From Pseudomonadota bacterium (lineage in GTDB: Bacteria > Bdellovibrionota > FAC87 > UBA2466): DNA of 64,000 bases. Made by a program: the position numbers and the translations under genes. The stretch spans positions 1,467 to 65,466 of the forward strand of contig JAYUGC010000091.1 in the NCBI GenBank assembly GCA_043767805.1, read 5' to 3'. The notes beneath the pieces were generated by a model, which was given only the letters and a program-made list of their open reading frames with translations, did no database searches and was not told the origin of the DNA. Positions 27,516 to 38,966 of this stretch are shown here, one piece after another; the stretch's first letter is position 1, and every line of letters starts with the position of its first letter.

Positions 27516-28665
27516 CGTTCCATTCCTTTAGACGTGGGAGCAATTCCTTCATGGAATCGCCTCCGAATTTTTGAAGTATCGCATCAGCCAGGACAAAAGC
27601 TAAGAGGGACTCGCCGATGACGGCCGCAGCCGGCACCGCGCAGACGTCTGAACGCTCTACGTGAGCCTCGGCTACTTCATTAGTAGCGAGCTTCACCGAT
27701 TTCAGAGGGCTCATCAGAGTCGAGATGGGCTTCATCGCCGCGCGCACTACGATGGTTTGTCCGGTGGTCATGCCGCCGTCGATTCCGCCCGAGCGGTTCG
27801 TCTTGTAGTGAACTTGGCCCGCTTTCTTGCCCGGGTACATCTCGTCGTGAGCGTTCGTTCCCCGCGTCGCTCCCGCGACAAAGCCTAGGCCGACGTCGAC
27901 GCCCTTGATGGCGTTCAAGCTCAAAAACTGCTTGGCGAGATCGCCCTCTAACCGACGATCCCACTGCGCGTAGCTACCCAAAGCAATGGGAACGCCCGAC
28001 GCGTACACCTCAAACACGCCGCCTAAGGTATCGCCCGTCGCCTTACAGGCCTCGACCTCTTCCACCATCTTCTTCTCGGCCTTGGGGTCGAGACAACGAA
28101 GCGGGTTGCCGTCCACCTTGTCGTTCAAGGCGTTGACAGCGACATCCAGCGGAGAAGGGTCTTCAAAGGCCCCAATCCGAGTCACGCGGCTCGCGATGTG
28201 AATACCGCACTCTTCGAGAAATCTTCGGGCGAGGCAACCCAAAGCGACGCGCATGGTGGTCTCTCGCGCACTCGATCGCTCGAGAACGTTTCGCATGTCG
28301 CTATGGTTGTACTTGATGCCGCCGACTAAATCGGCGTGACCCGGGCGCGGCACTTCGAGCACCCGTTTCACTTTGCCGGTGAAGGGCTCGGGCTGCATGA
28401 TGTCGGTCCAAGCCTTGTAATCCTTGTTGAGGATGACGAGCGCGACCGGCGCCCCAATCGTATAGCCATGACGTACGCCGCCCATGATGTCGACGCTATC
28501 GTCTTCAATTTGCTGACGGTGGCCGCGGCCATAGCCGAGCTTTCGGCGCTTTAACTCTTTATGCAGGAACTCGACCGTGATCGGCAGCCCGGACGGAAGC
28601 CCATCCATGATTCCCGTAAGGCCTTTGCCGTGAGATTCCCCGGCGGTGAGATACCTAAGTGCCAT
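27496..28665 (-). CDS. aroC: chorismate synthase
   Basis: 389 aa with N-terminus MALRYLTAGESHGKGLTGIMDGLPSG. Confidence 0.92.
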   Translation of the reverse strand: MALRYLTAGESHGKGLTGIMDGLPSGLPITVEFLHKELKRRKLGYGRGHRQQIEDDSVDIMGGVRHGYTIGAPVALVILNKDYKAWTDIMQPEPFTGKVKRVLEVPRPGHADLVGGIKYNHSDMRNVLERSSARETTMRVALGCLARRFLEECGIHIASRVTRIGAFEDPSPLDVAVNALNDKVDGNPLRCLDPKAEKKMVEEVEACKATGDTLGGVFEVYASGVPIALGSYAQWDRRLEGDLAKQFLSLNAIKGVDVGLGFVAGATRGTNAHDEMYPGKKAGQVHYKTNRSGGIDGGMTTGQTIVVRAAMKPISTLMSPLKSVKLATNEVAEAHVERSDVCAVPAAAVIGESLLAFVLADAILQKFGGDSMKELLPRLKEWNDATLPD

Positions 28666-28674
28666 CGTCTCTCC

Positions 28675-29544
28675 TCAAAGTCTGCTTAAGCGGCGGCTCA
28701 ACGCTTTTTTTAGCGAGGCGCGGCCGCGTATTTTGCCAAACCAAATTTCCCAGGTCGCAAGCGCTTGCCACGCCAGCATGTCGAGGCCGCCGACCCGGCG
28801 CAGCCCTCGTCGCTTCGCCTCTTTCAGAAACGGCGTGTTCGCGGGCCGATAAATGAGATCGAAAGCCAAAGTCGTACGCGCCACCTGAGCGGGAAGCTCG
28901 AACTTTCCCGCAATGCCCTTCATCCCGGCGGGAGTGGCGTTTACCACCAAAGCGATGGGAGCTTCGATTTCAGAGACGCTTTTCACGGTGACAAAGCGAG
29001 TCCGTTGAAACTTTTTCGAAAAGTGCTTACAAAGCGCTTCGGCGCGAGCCGGGTTGCGATTCAAGACCCAGACACGAGACGCTCTTTCTTGCCCGAGAGC
29101 GTAGGCTACGGCGCGCGCCGCACCTCCCGCGCCGTAAAGAACAGCTTCCTTACCCTTAACCCGAGCCTTTTGTTCGAGAAGCGTTTGGCGGATGCCGTAG
29201 ACGTCTGTGTTGTGCGCGACGCTTTTGCCTTTTTGAAAATGAACGACATTACCCGCTCCAATCGCTTTCGCGTCGAGCGAAACCTTCGAGCAGAGCCGTA
29301 AGATGGTTTCCTTGTGCGGAATGGTGACGTTCCAGCCGGTAAATAATTTTTGGGCGGCCAGCGCCTTCACGAAGGACTTCAGTTCCCCCGGGGGCACCTG
29401 AAGCTTCTGATAGAGCACTTCTCGCCCGGTTTTCTTGGCCAGGAACGAAAAGATCGCGGGTGATAGCGAGTGCGAGACGGGATGGCCGATGACGGCGGCA
29501 ACCGCCGGTAGTTTAACCACGGGATAACCTCGCCAACGTTTCAA
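28675..29544 (-). CDS. aroE: shikimate dehydrogenase
   Basis: VIGHPVSHSLSPAIF substrate motif and NADP motif VLYGAGGAARAVAYAL. Start is either TTG 29544 or GTG 29520. Confidence 0.88.
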   Translation of the reverse strand: MKRWRGYPVVKLPAVAAVIGHPVSHSLSPAIFSFLAKKTGREVLYQKLQVPPGELKSFVKALAAQKLFTGWNVTIPHKETILRLCSKVSLDAKAIGAGNVVHFQKGKSVAHNTDVYGIRQTLLEQKARVKGKEAVLYGAGGAARAVAYALGQERASRVWVLNRNPARAEALCKHFSKKFQRTRFVTVKSVSEIEAPIALVVNATPAGMKGIAGKFELPAQVARTTLAFDLIYRPANTPFLKEAKRRGLRRVGGLDMLAWQALATWEIWFGKIRGRASLKKALSRRLSRL

Positions 29545-30796
29545 AAAATCCAGGATAAGAAATATTCACGGACTCCGCGTTTTGAATGAGGGTCGAGCCC
29601 TCGGCGCCGAGCGCGCCCACCGCGAACGCCATCGCTATGCGATGATCGCCCAAGGAATCCACCTTTGCGCCTTTGAGCTTTTGCGGCCCCTTGATGCGAA
29701 AGCCGTCTTCGAAGACTTCAATTTCTCCGCCAATCGCCCGAAAGTTCACGGCAATGGCTTCGATGCGATCCGTTTCTTTCACTCTGAGCTCCTCCGCCCC
29801 TCGCACTTCGGTCACGCCTTCCGCGTAGGCCGCGAGAACCGCGAGCATGGGAAGCTCGTCGATGAGGGAAGCGACTTCGGCTTTGTCGATGGTCACGCCT
29901 TTGAGCGGAGCCTGCCGCACTTCGACTTCTCCCACGAGCTCGGGCTCACGGGAGGTCACGCGTTCGGTAATCTTCGCTCCCATCCGTCCCAAGGCGCGCA
30001 AGAAGCCGACCCGCGTCGGATTGAGAAGCACGTTCCCGGTGCGGACCACGCCCCCTTTGACGACGCAAGCGGCGGCCCACCAAAAAGCGGCGGACGAGGG
30101 ATCGGAGGCGACGGTGACTTTGGCGGCTTTCAAAGTTTGCCCGCCTTTGAGCGAAATCTTTTCGGGCGAAACGGAAATGGCCGCGCCGAAATAAGGCAAA
30201 AGCCGCTCGGTGTGATCCCGGCTCAGAATCTCGCCGGTCAGGTGGGTTTCCCCTTTGGCGTAAAGGGCCGCGAAAAGAATCGCGCTTTTCACCTGAGCGC
30301 TCGCGACCGTCAGCTGGTAGTCCATGGCTTTGAGCTCGCCGACACCTTCGACCGTAACCGGCGTGAAGCTTTTATTCGACAAAGCAATCTTCGCGCCCAT
30401 TAGCGCGAGCGGCTCGGACACCCGCCCCATGGGCCGGCGGCTCAAGGACTCGTCTCCCACGAGCACCGATTTGAAAGTTTGGCCGGCGAGGATTCCCATG
30501 AGCATGCGAATGGTGCTGCCGGAATTGCCGCAATCTAGTGGGGCGGAAGAACCCTTGAAACCCCTAAGCCCCACGCCGTCGACGAAAAGCGATTTTCCTT
30601 TTTTCTCGAACTTCACTCCCAGCGCGGTGAGACAGCGCCAAGTCGAAGTGACATCTTCTCCGCCGGAGAGGCCCAGGATTTCACTACGGCCGACCGCGAG
30701 CGCGCCAAAGAGCTGAGCGCGATGGGAAATCGACTTATCGCCCGGAATCTCGGGAATGCCTTCAAAAGAGCGAGTTGGCTCGATGCGAATCTCCAC
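29513..30796 (-). CDS. aroA: 3-phosphoshikimate 1-carboxyvinyltransferase (EPSP synthase)
   Basis: 427 aa with PGDKSISHRAQLFGALA. GTG start abuts the tyrA stop. Confidence 0.92.
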   Translation of the reverse strand: MEIRIEPTRSFEGIPEIPGDKSISHRAQLFGALAVGRSEILGLSGGEDVTSTWRCLTALGVKFEKKGKSLFVDGVGLRGFKGSSAPLDCGNSGSTIRMLMGILAGQTFKSVLVGDESLSRRPMGRVSEPLALMGAKIALSNKSFTPVTVEGVGELKAMDYQLTVASAQVKSAILFAALYAKGETHLTGEILSRDHTERLLPYFGAAISVSPEKISLKGGQTLKAAKVTVASDPSSAAFWWAAACVVKGGVVRTGNVLLNPTRVGFLRALGRMGAKITERVTSREPELVGEVEVRQAPLKGVTIDKAEVASLIDELPMLAVLAAYAEGVTEVRGAEELRVKETDRIEAIAVNFRAIGGEIEVFEDGFRIKGPQKLKGAKVDSLGDHRIAMAFAVGALGAEGSTLIQNAESVNISYPGFFETLARLSRG

Positions 30797-31906
30797 TCAC
30801 GCTCCTTCTTTGGCAAAATAGGCGCGGCTTTTTTCCATAAGAGACTTAAAACCAGTCCGATCCTTCTTCTCAATGGTCTTCATGTAACTCTCGAGCGCTG
30901 TTTTCATGCCCTGGCACACGGCGGGCGTGAACTCGTTCTCAGCCTGAATCTCGTAATAGAGCTCTTGGTTCTCGTTGACCACGGGCTCGGTCACCTGAGC
31001 CTGAGACTGAAACGTGGTGCTCTCTATTTTCCGTAGCGTCGGAAAATCGATGCCGCTCTTCTCGAGCGTCGCTCCGAAGACGAGATTGGAAAGATGAGCG
31101 AGCCCCAGAAGGTAGCCCATGTACTCGTCGTGGCGCTCGAGCGGCACGCGCAAGATACTCGCCGAGGATTCCTGAAAGAGCGCGGTCGCCTCCTGCGCCA
31201 AGGCGTCGTCCGTCGTCTCGCAGATCAAGATATTTCTCCCGGCGAGCCACTGCGCGCTCGGACCGAACATGGGATGGACGGAAGTGATTTTGAGTCCCGC
31301 TTTCCTCGCTTTCGCGATCACGCCAAGGAGCGGGGATTTCAAAGAACATACGTCGAAAATCATTCCTTTGGGTTTAAAAGGAATGAGGCTTTCCAAGAGC
31401 CCAGCGGTTACCGAAATGGGCGTCGCGAGAATGATGACCTCGGCATTGGCGACGGCGTCCTGGAGAGTCGCGTGCGCTTGAAAATCCGCGGGATCTTTCG
31501 AGGAATCAAAAGTCGAAACGGAATGGCCAAACGCTTCGAAGAACCGGCCGAGCCAGCGGCCCATCTGGCCCGAGCCTCCCAAAATCGTAATTTGTTTTCT
31601 CGACCCGAAAGCGCGCGCCCGCGCTTTGCCCTGATATTCCTCTTGGACCTGACAGGAATATTGAATGAGCGTTTTTAAAATCGCTTCGGCGGCATCTTCC
31701 GGAAAGCCGAGCTCACGCGCGCGTTTTCTGGCGTTCGCAATGACGTCTTTTTCCGTTCGGTAATCTTTGATGGGCAGACCGTGGGCGAGTTTCGCCTTTC
31801 CGATCTGCCTCGCGAGGTCCTGACGGCGGGCGACCAGGGAAAGAAGGGCTTCGTCGACGGCTCGGATCTCACTACGAAGTTCCTTCAGTTCCTTTTCCAA
31901 TTCCAT
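30797..31906 (-). CDS. tyrA: bifunctional chorismate mutase / prephenate dehydrogenase
   Basis: N-terminal AroQ-class CM (LRSEIRAVDEALLSLVARRQDLARQIGKAK), then PDH Rossmann ITILGGSGQMGRWLGRFF. Confidence 0.88.
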   Translation of the reverse strand: MELEKELKELRSEIRAVDEALLSLVARRQDLARQIGKAKLAHGLPIKDYRTEKDVIANARKRARELGFPEDAAEAILKTLIQYSCQVQEEYQGKARARAFGSRKQITILGGSGQMGRWLGRFFEAFGHSVSTFDSSKDPADFQAHATLQDAVANAEVIILATPISVTAGLLESLIPFKPKGMIFDVCSLKSPLLGVIAKARKAGLKITSVHPMFGPSAQWLAGRNILICETTDDALAQEATALFQESSASILRVPLERHDEYMGYLLGLAHLSNLVFGATLEKSGIDFPTLRKIESTTFQSQAQVTEPVVNENQELYYEIQAENEFTPAVCQGMKTALESYMKTIEKKDRTGFKSLMEKSRAYFAKEGA

Positions 31907-31953
31907 CTCGGTTAACCCTATAATAAAGCAACAGAAAAGGCGAGGATGCCCGA

Positions 31954-32997
31954 ATGAGCTCTACCCCCACTTCAGACCTACGCGTCGCAAAAATCGAAGC
32001 CCTGGATCCGCCAAAGGTGATTAAAGCGTCTTTGCCCTTGAGCGAAAAGGCCGCGGCCACGGTGCTCAAAGGAAGGAACGCTTTGCGAGAGGCCCTCGCC
32101 GGGCGGGACCAGAGAGTGGTGGTCATCACCGGGCCTTGCTCCATTCACGATCCGAAGGCCTGCATGGAGTACGCGGAGCGTCTCATTGCTTTGACCAAAG
32201 AGCTCGAGAGCAAGCTTCTCATCGTGATGCGCGTCTACTTCGAAAAACCGCGCACGACGGTCGGCTGGAAAGGGCTCATCAACGATCCGAAGCTCGACGG
32301 CACAGAAGACATCAACTTGGGCCTTCGCACGGCGCGCAAAATACTTCTCGCCATCAATGAGCTCGGCCTACCCTGCGCAAGTGAGTTTTTAGATCCCATC
32401 GTTCCGCAGTACACGGCCGATCTCGTGACATGGGCCGCCATAGGTGCCCGCACCACGGAAAGCCAAACCCATCGCGAGATGGCGAGTGGGCTATCGATGC
32501 CGGTGGGCTTCAAGAACGCGACCGACGGCGACATTCAGGTCGCTTTGGACGCCATGGCGGCTTCCGCCCATGCCCATTCTTTCTTGGGAATCGATCAAAG
32601 TGGGATGACGGCCATCGTGCGCACCACGGGAAACCCCGACATTCACGTGGTCTTGCGAGGGGGCGACGGCAAACCGAACTATTCGCCGGCCAATATCGCC
32701 TTCGCGCGGGTTTCCCTCGAAGGTGTAACCAAGCAACAGCGGGCCATCATGGTCGATTGCAGCCACGGCAACAGCAATAAGGATTACCGCAAGCAGCCGC
32801 AGGTTTTCGAGGACCTGGTAAAACAGATCAAAGGCGGGGAGAAGTCGATCTTGGGCATGATGCTCGAAAGCCACCTCAACGAGGGCAATCAAAAGCTCGG
32901 ACCCACGGCAAAGTACGGCGTCTCGGTAACGGACGGCTGCATCGACTGGAAAACCACCGAAGACCTCCTCCGCCGCGCCCATGCCTCACTATCTTAA
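31954..32997 (+). CDS. aroG: 3-deoxy-7-phosphoheptulonate (DAHP) synthase, class I-alpha
   Basis: 347 aa. VVVITGPCSIHDPKA and RVYFEKPRTTVGWKG are typical of the AroF/G/H type. Feedback specificity cannot be determined. Confidence 0.88.
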   Translation: MSSTPTSDLRVAKIEALDPPKVIKASLPLSEKAAATVLKGRNALREALAGRDQRVVVITGPCSIHDPKACMEYAERLIALTKELESKLLIVMRVYFEKPRTTVGWKGLINDPKLDGTEDINLGLRTARKILLAINELGLPCASEFLDPIVPQYTADLVTWAAIGARTTESQTHREMASGLSMPVGFKNATDGDIQVALDAMAASAHAHSFLGIDQSGMTAIVRTTGNPDIHVVLRGGDGKPNYSPANIAFARVSLEGVTKQQRAIMVDCSHGNSNKDYRKQPQVFEDLVKQIKGGEKSILGMMLESHLNEGNQKLGPTAKYGVSVTDGCIDWKTTEDLLRRAHASLS

Positions 32998-33011
32998 AAG
33001 GTAGTTAGTAT

Positions 33012-34016
33012 TTAAGAGGCGGCGGCGGTTATCTTGCGTAGCATAGGTACCAACGCCGCTAGCTCTTCGGGCGAGATTGCCTGAGGGCCGTCGCAGAGCG
33101 CTTCCTTTGGGCGGTCGTGCACGTCGACCATTACGCCGTTGGCGCCGACTGCGGCCGCCGCGCGCGCCATGGGCGTTACCATCTGCTTGCGGCCCGTGCC
33201 GTGGCTTGGGTCCACGATGACCGGAAGATGACTCTGTAGTTTTAACGCGATGACCGCGCTGAGATCGAGCATGTTGCGAGTTGCCGTATCGAACGAGCGA
33301 ATGCCGCGCTCGCAGAGAATGACCTGAGTATTGCCGTGGTGCAGAATGTACTCGGCCGCCTGCAACCACTCGTCGATAGTCGCCGATAAACCGCGTTTCA
33401 GCATCACGGGCTTTCGGGCCTTACCCGCTTCCGCGAGGAGCGAGAAATTCTGCATGTTGCGGGCGCCGATCTGAATGATGTCTGCGTAATCGGCGACGAG
33501 CTCGAGACTCGCTGGATCGACGGCTTCGGTCACGATCGGAAGTCCCGTTTCCTGGCTGGCGGTCTTTAAGATCTTCAGCCCATCGAGTCCCATGCCCTGA
33601 AAGCTGTACGGAGAAGTCCGCGGCTTAAAAGCGCCACCGCGAAGCACTTGCGCGCCGGCGGCCTTCACCGCGCGGGCCAGGCGCAAAGTCTGCTCTTCGC
33701 TCTCGACCGCGCAGGGACCCGCGATAATTACCATGGAGCCCGGCCCAAAGACCGCGTTCCCTACCTTGACCGAGGTCTCTCCTCGGTGGAAATCACGACT
33801 CGCGAGCTTATAGGGCTTCGTAACGGGAATCGCTTCCAGTACTCCTTCAAAACCGATGAACGCTTGAGGATCGAGAGGCCGATCGTTTCCGGTGATGCCG
33901 ATGGCGACCGAGTGCTCTCCCGGAATGACGTGCGGGTTGTACCCGAGTCGTTTCACTTGCTCCAACACCGCCGCCCTTTGTTCGGGCGTGTGCTCGCTTT
34001 TCATCACGATCAGCAT
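33012..34016 (-). CDS. aroF: DAHP synthase, class I-beta with N-terminal ferredoxin-like regulatory domain
   Basis: 334 aa. N-terminal ~65-aa domain ([26 protein letters not shown]), then [13 protein letters not shown] and [21 protein letters not shown] junction with trpA. Confidence 0.88.
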   Translation of the reverse strand: MLIVMKSEHTPEQRAAVLEQVKRLGYNPHVIPGEHSVAIGITGNDRPLDPQAFIGFEGVLEAIPVTKPYKLASRDFHRGETSVKVGNAVFGPGSMVIIAGPCAVESEEQTLRLARAVKAAGAQVLRGGAFKPRTSPYSFQGMGLDGLKILKTASQETGLPIVTEAVDPASLELVADYADIIQIGARNMQNFSLLAEAGKARKPVMLKRGLSATIDEWLQAAEYILHHGNTQVILCERGIRSFDTATRNMLDLSAVIALKLQSHLPVIVDPSHGTGRKQMVTPMARAAAAVGANGVMVDVHDRPKEALCDGPQAISPEELAALVPMLRKITAAAS

Positions 34017-34819
34017 CAGGACTCCTTCTTCAGAGGCGCCACCAGTCGCGTGACCTCTGCTTTCAAACGCTTTTCGGCCTCTTCCGCCGACTTACTCTCT
34101 TCGATCAATTTCACTAACGCGCTGCCGACGATGACGCCGTCCGCGATCTTGGAGACCGTCGCGACATGCTCCGGAGTGGAAATGCCAAAGCCCACGTAGA
34201 TCGGCAAATCGATCTTTCCGCGCAAAGCCGCGAGCTCGCTTCCCAGAGTTTCCGACAAGTTGGATTTCGCACCCGTTACGCCCGTGCGGGATACGTAGTA
34301 GAGAAAGCCGCTGCCGACTTCTCGAATGGCGGGTAAGCGAGCGGGGTCCGTAGTGGGGGACGCGAGAAAGATGGTCTCGATCCCTCTCGCTTGTAAACCC
34401 TTCGCGTAGTCTTTCGCCTCTTCGGGCGGCAAGTCGACGACGAGAACGCCGTCGACGCCAGAGTCCGCGGCCAAACTCGTAAATGCCTCGACTCCCATCC
34501 GGAGGATCGGATTAAAGTAGGTAAAAATAATAATGGGGATCTTGGCGCCCCGTTTGCGCGCGGCTTTCACCATCGCGAGCACGCCGCGCAAGGAAGTCCC
34601 ACTCGCCACCCCCCGGCCAGCCGCCGCGAGATTGGTCGGTCCGTCGGCAACCGGATCGCTATGGGGGATGCCGAGCTCGAGAATATCGGCGCCCGCCGCT
34701 TCGATGGCCGAGACGAAACGATCCGTCGCGGCAAGATTGGGGTCACCCGCTGTGACGTAGGCTACAAAGACCTTTCGACCCTCTCGTTGATTTTTTCGAA
34801 TCAACTCCCCGAGCTTCAT
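34016..34819 (-). CDS. trpA: tryptophan synthase alpha chain
   Basis: 267 aa with [19 protein letters not shown]. Confidence 0.92.
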   Translation of the reverse strand: MKLGELIRKNQREGRKVFVAYVTAGDPNLAATDRFVSAIEAAGADILELGIPHSDPVADGPTNLAAAGRGVASGTSLRGVLAMVKAARKRGAKIPIIIFTYFNPILRMGVEAFTSLAADSGVDGVLVVDLPPEEAKDYAKGLQARGIETIFLASPTTDPARLPAIREVGSGFLYYVSRTGVTGAKSNLSETLGSELAALRGKIDLPIYVGFGISTPEHVATVSKIADGVIVGSALVKLIEESKSAEEAEKRLKAEVTRLVAPLKKES

Positions 34820-36018
34820 ACCGGGGTCCCTTCCCGCCTCAAAATCTGCTCCAGGTCCTTATCCCCGCGACCCGATAGATTCATCACAATCAACTGATCG
34901 CGAGACATCTTGGGCGCGCGTTTTATAACGTAGGCCAGCGCGTGCGAGCTTTCTAAAGCCGGCAAAATGCCTTCCGTCTCGGCAAGACGATGAAACGCCG
35001 CCAGAGCCTCGTCGTCGGTAACCGACGGATAACTCGCCCGGCCAAGTTCTTTGAGATGAGCATGTTCGGGCCCCACCGCCGCGTAGTCGAGACCGGCCGA
35101 AACGCTGTGCGTGTTCAAAATCTGCCCGTCCTCATCTTGCAGGCAGTACGTGTACGTCCCATGCAGTACGCCCGGTGAGCCGCCCGCGCTAAAGCGCGCC
35201 GCATGGCGTCCCGTACTCACTCCCTCGCCGCCCGCTTCGACTCCCGTCATGGCGACACTCGAGTCGCCGACGAAGGCGGAGAACAAACCTATGGCGTTAC
35301 TGCCGCCGCCCACACACGCGACCAACTCGTCGGGCAAACGGCCTTCGGCTTCGAGAATCTGGCGACGAGCCTCGATGCCGATCACCGACTGAAAATCCCG
35401 CACCATCATCGGATAGGGATGTGGGCCCAACGCGGAGCCGAGCAAGTAATATGTCGTTTTTACGTTCGTTACCCAGTCCCGCATCGCCTCCGAGATGGCG
35501 TCTTTCAAAGTCTCGGTGCCCGACTGGACACTCACCACTTCGGCACCCAGATAGCGCATGCGAGCTACGTTCGGAGCCTGCCGTTCCATGTCGACCCGCC
35601 CCATGTAAATGGAGCACTTCAGACCGAGCAGCGCGCAGACCGTCGCGGTCGCCACACCATGCTGACCCGCGCCCGTTTCGGCAACGACTCGTTCTTTGCC
35701 GATGCGCTTGGCGAGAAGCGCCTGCCCGAGAGCATTATTGATCTTGTGCGCGCCCGTGTGAGCGAGGTCTTCGCGTTTTAAGTAAATGCGCGCGCCGTTT
35801 AGCGACGAGGTCAGTCTCTCCGCCAAGGTCAGAGGCGTGGGCCGGCCTACGTAGTTTTTCAAATAGTCGGCGAGCTCTTTTTGAAAAGCGGGGTCTTGTT
35901 TGACCTGAGCGTAAGCGCGCTCCAGTTCCTTCACCGGCGCAACCAAAGTCTCCGGCACGAAAGCGCCCCCGTATCGGCCGTAGCGGCCTTTGGCGTCGGG
36001 CGCCGAGTACTTATTCAT
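34816..36018 (-). CDS. trpB: tryptophan synthase beta chain
   Basis: 400 aa with PLP-lysine region [15 protein letters not shown]. Confidence 0.93.
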   Translation of the reverse strand: MNKYSAPDAKGRYGRYGGAFVPETLVAPVKELERAYAQVKQDPAFQKELADYLKNYVGRPTPLTLAERLTSSLNGARIYLKREDLAHTGAHKINNALGQALLAKRIGKERVVAETGAGQHGVATATVCALLGLKCSIYMGRVDMERQAPNVARMRYLGAEVVSVQSGTETLKDAISEAMRDWVTNVKTTYYLLGSALGPHPYPMMVRDFQSVIGIEARRQILEAEGRLPDELVACVGGGSNAIGLFSAFVGDSSVAMTGVEAGGEGVSTGRHAARFSAGGSPGVLHGTYTYCLQDEDGQILNTHSVSAGLDYAAVGPEHAHLKELGRASYPSVTDDEALAAFHRLAETEGILPALESSHALAYVIKRAPKMSRDQLIVMNLSGRGDKDLEQILRREGTPV

Positions 36019-36611
36019 TTTAGCGCGCTCGCTTCTTTGAAGAAGGCGCGCATTTTCGCCGGATCCTTGATCCCCGGTCCAACTTCGAGGCTACTCGACA
36101 AGTCGATGGCAAAAGGGGCGACCTCGGTCACCGCTTTCTTGACGTTATCTTTCGTGAGCCCGCCCGCGAGAATGACGTTGCCGTACTTCTTCGCGAGGAT
36201 CGCGAGTTTCCGATCGCAGGGAATCCCCGCGCGCGGTCCGTCGATGAGAAACGCCTCGATGTTCTTGAACTTGGCGAGCGCTTTGACATCGGCCTCTAAC
36301 CCCGCGCGCACCGCTTTGATGATCCGGCCCCCGATCGCTTCGGCCTCCTCGGGAGTCTCGCTGCCGTGAAGCTGAACGATGGTGAGGCCGACGAGCGCCC
36401 GCGCCTCGTCAATGAATTCCTTCGTCGCATTCACGAAGACGCCCACTCGCTCCACCTTCTTCGGCAGCATTACCGCGATGGCACTGGCCTTCTCGGGCGT
36501 GATGTACCGAGGACTATTGGGCGCGAAAATAAATCCCACCGCCCACGCTCCAAGCTCGCACGCGAGCTCCGCATCGGCCGCTCGCGTGATACCACAGACT
36601 TTGATCTTCAC
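36015..36611 (-). CDS. trpF: phosphoribosylanthranilate isomerase
   Basis: 198 aa with N-terminus [14 protein letters not shown]. Confidence 0.9.
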   Translation of the reverse strand: MKIKVCGITRAADAELACELGAWAVGFIFAPNSPRYITPEKASAIAVMLPKKVERVGVFVNATKEFIDEARALVGLTIVQLHGSETPEEAEAIGGRIIKAVRAGLEADVKALAKFKNIEAFLIDGPRAGIPCDRKLAILAKKYGNVILAGGLTKDNVKKAVTEVAPFAIDLSSSLEVGPGIKDPAKMRAFFKEASALK

Positions 36612-37396
36612 TTCGATTCCCCTATTAGTTGCTTGAGCGCCTCTCCGGGAGAGCCGCCTTTCATGAGTGATGTGCCAACGAGAAAACCCTGATAACCCAA
36701 AGCCGCGAGCCCTTTGACGTCGGCCCCCGTGCGGATGCCGCTTTCCGCGATGAGCGTCTTCCCCCGGCCAAGCGGCGCGAGCGCTCGCGCTACCTCCAGG
36801 GAAATTTCCATGGTGCGAAGGTTCCGATTGTTTACACCGATTAGCTCCGCACCGAGCGAAATCGCCCGCTTCATTTCCGCTTCGTCATGGACCTCGACGA
36901 GTGGCATGAGCCCCAACGTACGGGCAAACGCATAGAGACGAGGCAATTCTTCCTCATCGAGGAGCGCGGCAATGAGCAGAGCCGCGTCCGCGCCATGCAA
37001 GCGCCCTTCAAAAAGCTGATACTCGTCGAGGATAAAATCCTTCATGAGAAGTAAGCTATCGGGAAAGCGATCCCGAATCTGCGTCAAGAAATCGAGGCTG
37101 CCGTTGAAGTACTCGACTTCCGTCAGCACGGAAAGCGCGGTCGCTCCGTTCTTCAGATACTCTCCCGCGACCGCCACCGGATCTGCGTGCAGCGCGAGAT
37201 CGCCCTCGGAAGGGCTCTTACGCTTAATCTCCGCGATGACATGCACGCCAGGCGCCGCGAAAGCTTTCAAAAACGCGTGCGGTCGTCTCACCTCACTGAG
37301 CTGAGAGAGCGGCATATTACTCTTACGGGCGTCCAGCCGCTTTCGAGTGCTCAGGGCAATTTTTTCGAGGACCGTCCCCTTTGCCGCCGGATTCAC
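36608..37396 (-). CDS. trpC: indole-3-glycerol-phosphate synthase
   Basis: 262 aa with VIAEIKRKSPSEG. Confidence 0.9.
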   Translation of the reverse strand: MNPAAKGTVLEKIALSTRKRLDARKSNMPLSQLSEVRRPHAFLKAFAAPGVHVIAEIKRKSPSEGDLALHADPVAVAGEYLKNGATALSVLTEVEYFNGSLDFLTQIRDRFPDSLLLMKDFILDEYQLFEGRLHGADAALLIAALLDEEELPRLYAFARTLGLMPLVEVHDEAEMKRAISLGAELIGVNNRNLRTMEISLEVARALAPLGRGKTLIAESGIRTGADVKGLAALGYQGFLVGTSLMKGGSPGEALKQLIGESK

Positions 37397-38400
37397 GCCT
37401 GTAGCTCCTTGACTCGATCGAGCACTTTCACGGGCTTGCCGCTTTTCAACAACTCAGCGGCCAGTACCGCTCCTTCGCGGAGATCTTTGGCCTTGCCGGT
37501 CACGACGAGGCCCAAAGCCGCGTTCATGACGACGATATCTCGCTTGGGTCCCGTAGTCTCCCCCGATAGGATCGAACGGATGAGCCGGGCATTGTCCTTG
37601 GCATCACCACCGGAAAGAGTCTCCACCCCCGCTCGGCTCAAGCCAAACTCTTCGGGGGTAATCTGTAGAAACTTAATCTCGCCGTTTTTTAAGTGCGCCA
37701 CATGAGTCGCGGCGCCGAGCGACACTTCGTCCAGGCCGTCCTCGGAAGAGACGATCATGGCTTCTTCGATGCCGACGTCTCTTAGTAAGAGGGCAAATTG
37801 CTCGAGCCGGGACTTGTCGTAAACACCTACGACCTGACGCCGCACCCGAGCGGGATTGGCGAGGGGCCCAAGCAAATTAAAAAAGGTGCGCATTTCGAGC
37901 GCGCGGCGAATGGGAGCGACTTTCGCGAGAGCCGGGTGAAAGTGCGGCGCGAAAAGAAACCCAAAGCCCACTTCATCGATGGCTCTCGCCGAAAGAGCGG
38001 GCGGATGATCCACTTTGAGACCCAAGGCCTCGATTACATCCGCGCTCCCGCAACGGCTGGAGACCGAGCGGTTTCCGTGCTTGGCGACCTTGACGCCAGC
38101 CGCGGCGACGACGAAGGCCGCGGCCGTGGAGATATTGAAGGTCTGCGCGCCGTCCCCGCCGGTGCCGCAAATATCAAAGAGGGGCTCGCTTTTTGTGGGG
38201 ACCGGAATAGCTCGCGCGCGCATCTCTCCTAAAAATCCCGCGAGCTCCTCGAACGTTTCGCCGCGCACGTGGAGCGCGGTGAGGAAGGCGGCGACTTGCT
38301 CCGGTTTTCCTTCGCCTTGGAGCATGAACTGCATCGCCCGGCCGGCCTCTTCGCGCGGAAGACGTCCGCCTTCATAAACGACTTTGAGAAGATCCTTCAC
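37393..38400 (-). CDS. trpD: anthranilate phosphoribosyltransferase
   Basis: 335 aa with [17 protein letters not shown]. Confidence 0.92.
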   Translation of the reverse strand: MKDLLKVVYEGGRLPREEAGRAMQFMLQGEGKPEQVAAFLTALHVRGETFEELAGFLGEMRARAIPVPTKSEPLFDICGTGGDGAQTFNISTAAAFVVAAAGVKVAKHGNRSVSSRCGSADVIEALGLKVDHPPALSARAIDEVGFGFLFAPHFHPALAKVAPIRRALEMRTFFNLLGPLANPARVRRQVVGVYDKSRLEQFALLLRDVGIEEAMIVSSEDGLDEVSLGAATHVAHLKNGEIKFLQITPEEFGLSRAGVETLSGGDAKDNARLIRSILSGETTGPKRDIVVMNAALGLVVTGKAKDLREGAVLAAELLKSGKPVKVLDRVKELQA

Positions 38401-38966
38401 GCGACTTCACCGAGGAAGTTCGCAAGCAGGCCGCGGCCTTCGTCCGTCAGAATCGACTCCGGGTGAAACTGAACGCCTTCCAGCGGAAACTCCTTGTGCC
38501 GTACGCCCATGATGACCCCGTCTTGAGTCTCGGCGGTGACGCGCAGGACCGACGGTAAGCTTTCTCTTTCGACGACGAGCGAATGGTAGCGAGTCCCCGT
38601 GAACGGATTCTTCAAGCCCCTATAGATCCCTTTGTTGTCGTGAGTGATCTTCGAGGCCTTTCCGTGCATCAGGCGTTTCGCCCGGACGACCTTGCCACCG
38701 AACACCTGACCAATGGCCTGATGTCCCAGACAAACGCCCAGAATAGGAAGTTTACCAGCGAAATGGCGAATCGTTTCGAGAGAGATTCCAGCTTGGTCGG
38801 GAGTGCCCGGCCCAGGCGAAATGACGATGGCTCGCGGCGCCAAACGCTCGATACCGGCAATATCGATGGCGTCGTTGCGAATGACCTGGCAGCTCGCGCC
38901 GAGCTCACCCAGCATTTGATAGAGGTTGTAGGTAAAGGAATCGTAATTATCGAGAATGAGGATCAC
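38397..38966 (-). CDS. trpG: anthranilate synthase component II (glutamine amidotransferase)
   Basis: 189 aa with [11 protein letters not shown] catalytic Cys and a GVQFHPES tail. Confidence 0.9.
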   Translation of the reverse strand: MILILDNYDSFTYNLYQMLGELGASCQVIRNDAIDIAGIERLAPRAIVISPGPGTPDQAGISLETIRHFAGKLPILGVCLGHQAIGQVFGGKVVRAKRLMHGKASKITHDNKGIYRGLKNPFTGTRYHSLVVERESLPSVLRVTAETQDGVIMGVRHKEFPLEGVQFHPESILTDEGRGLLANFLGEVA

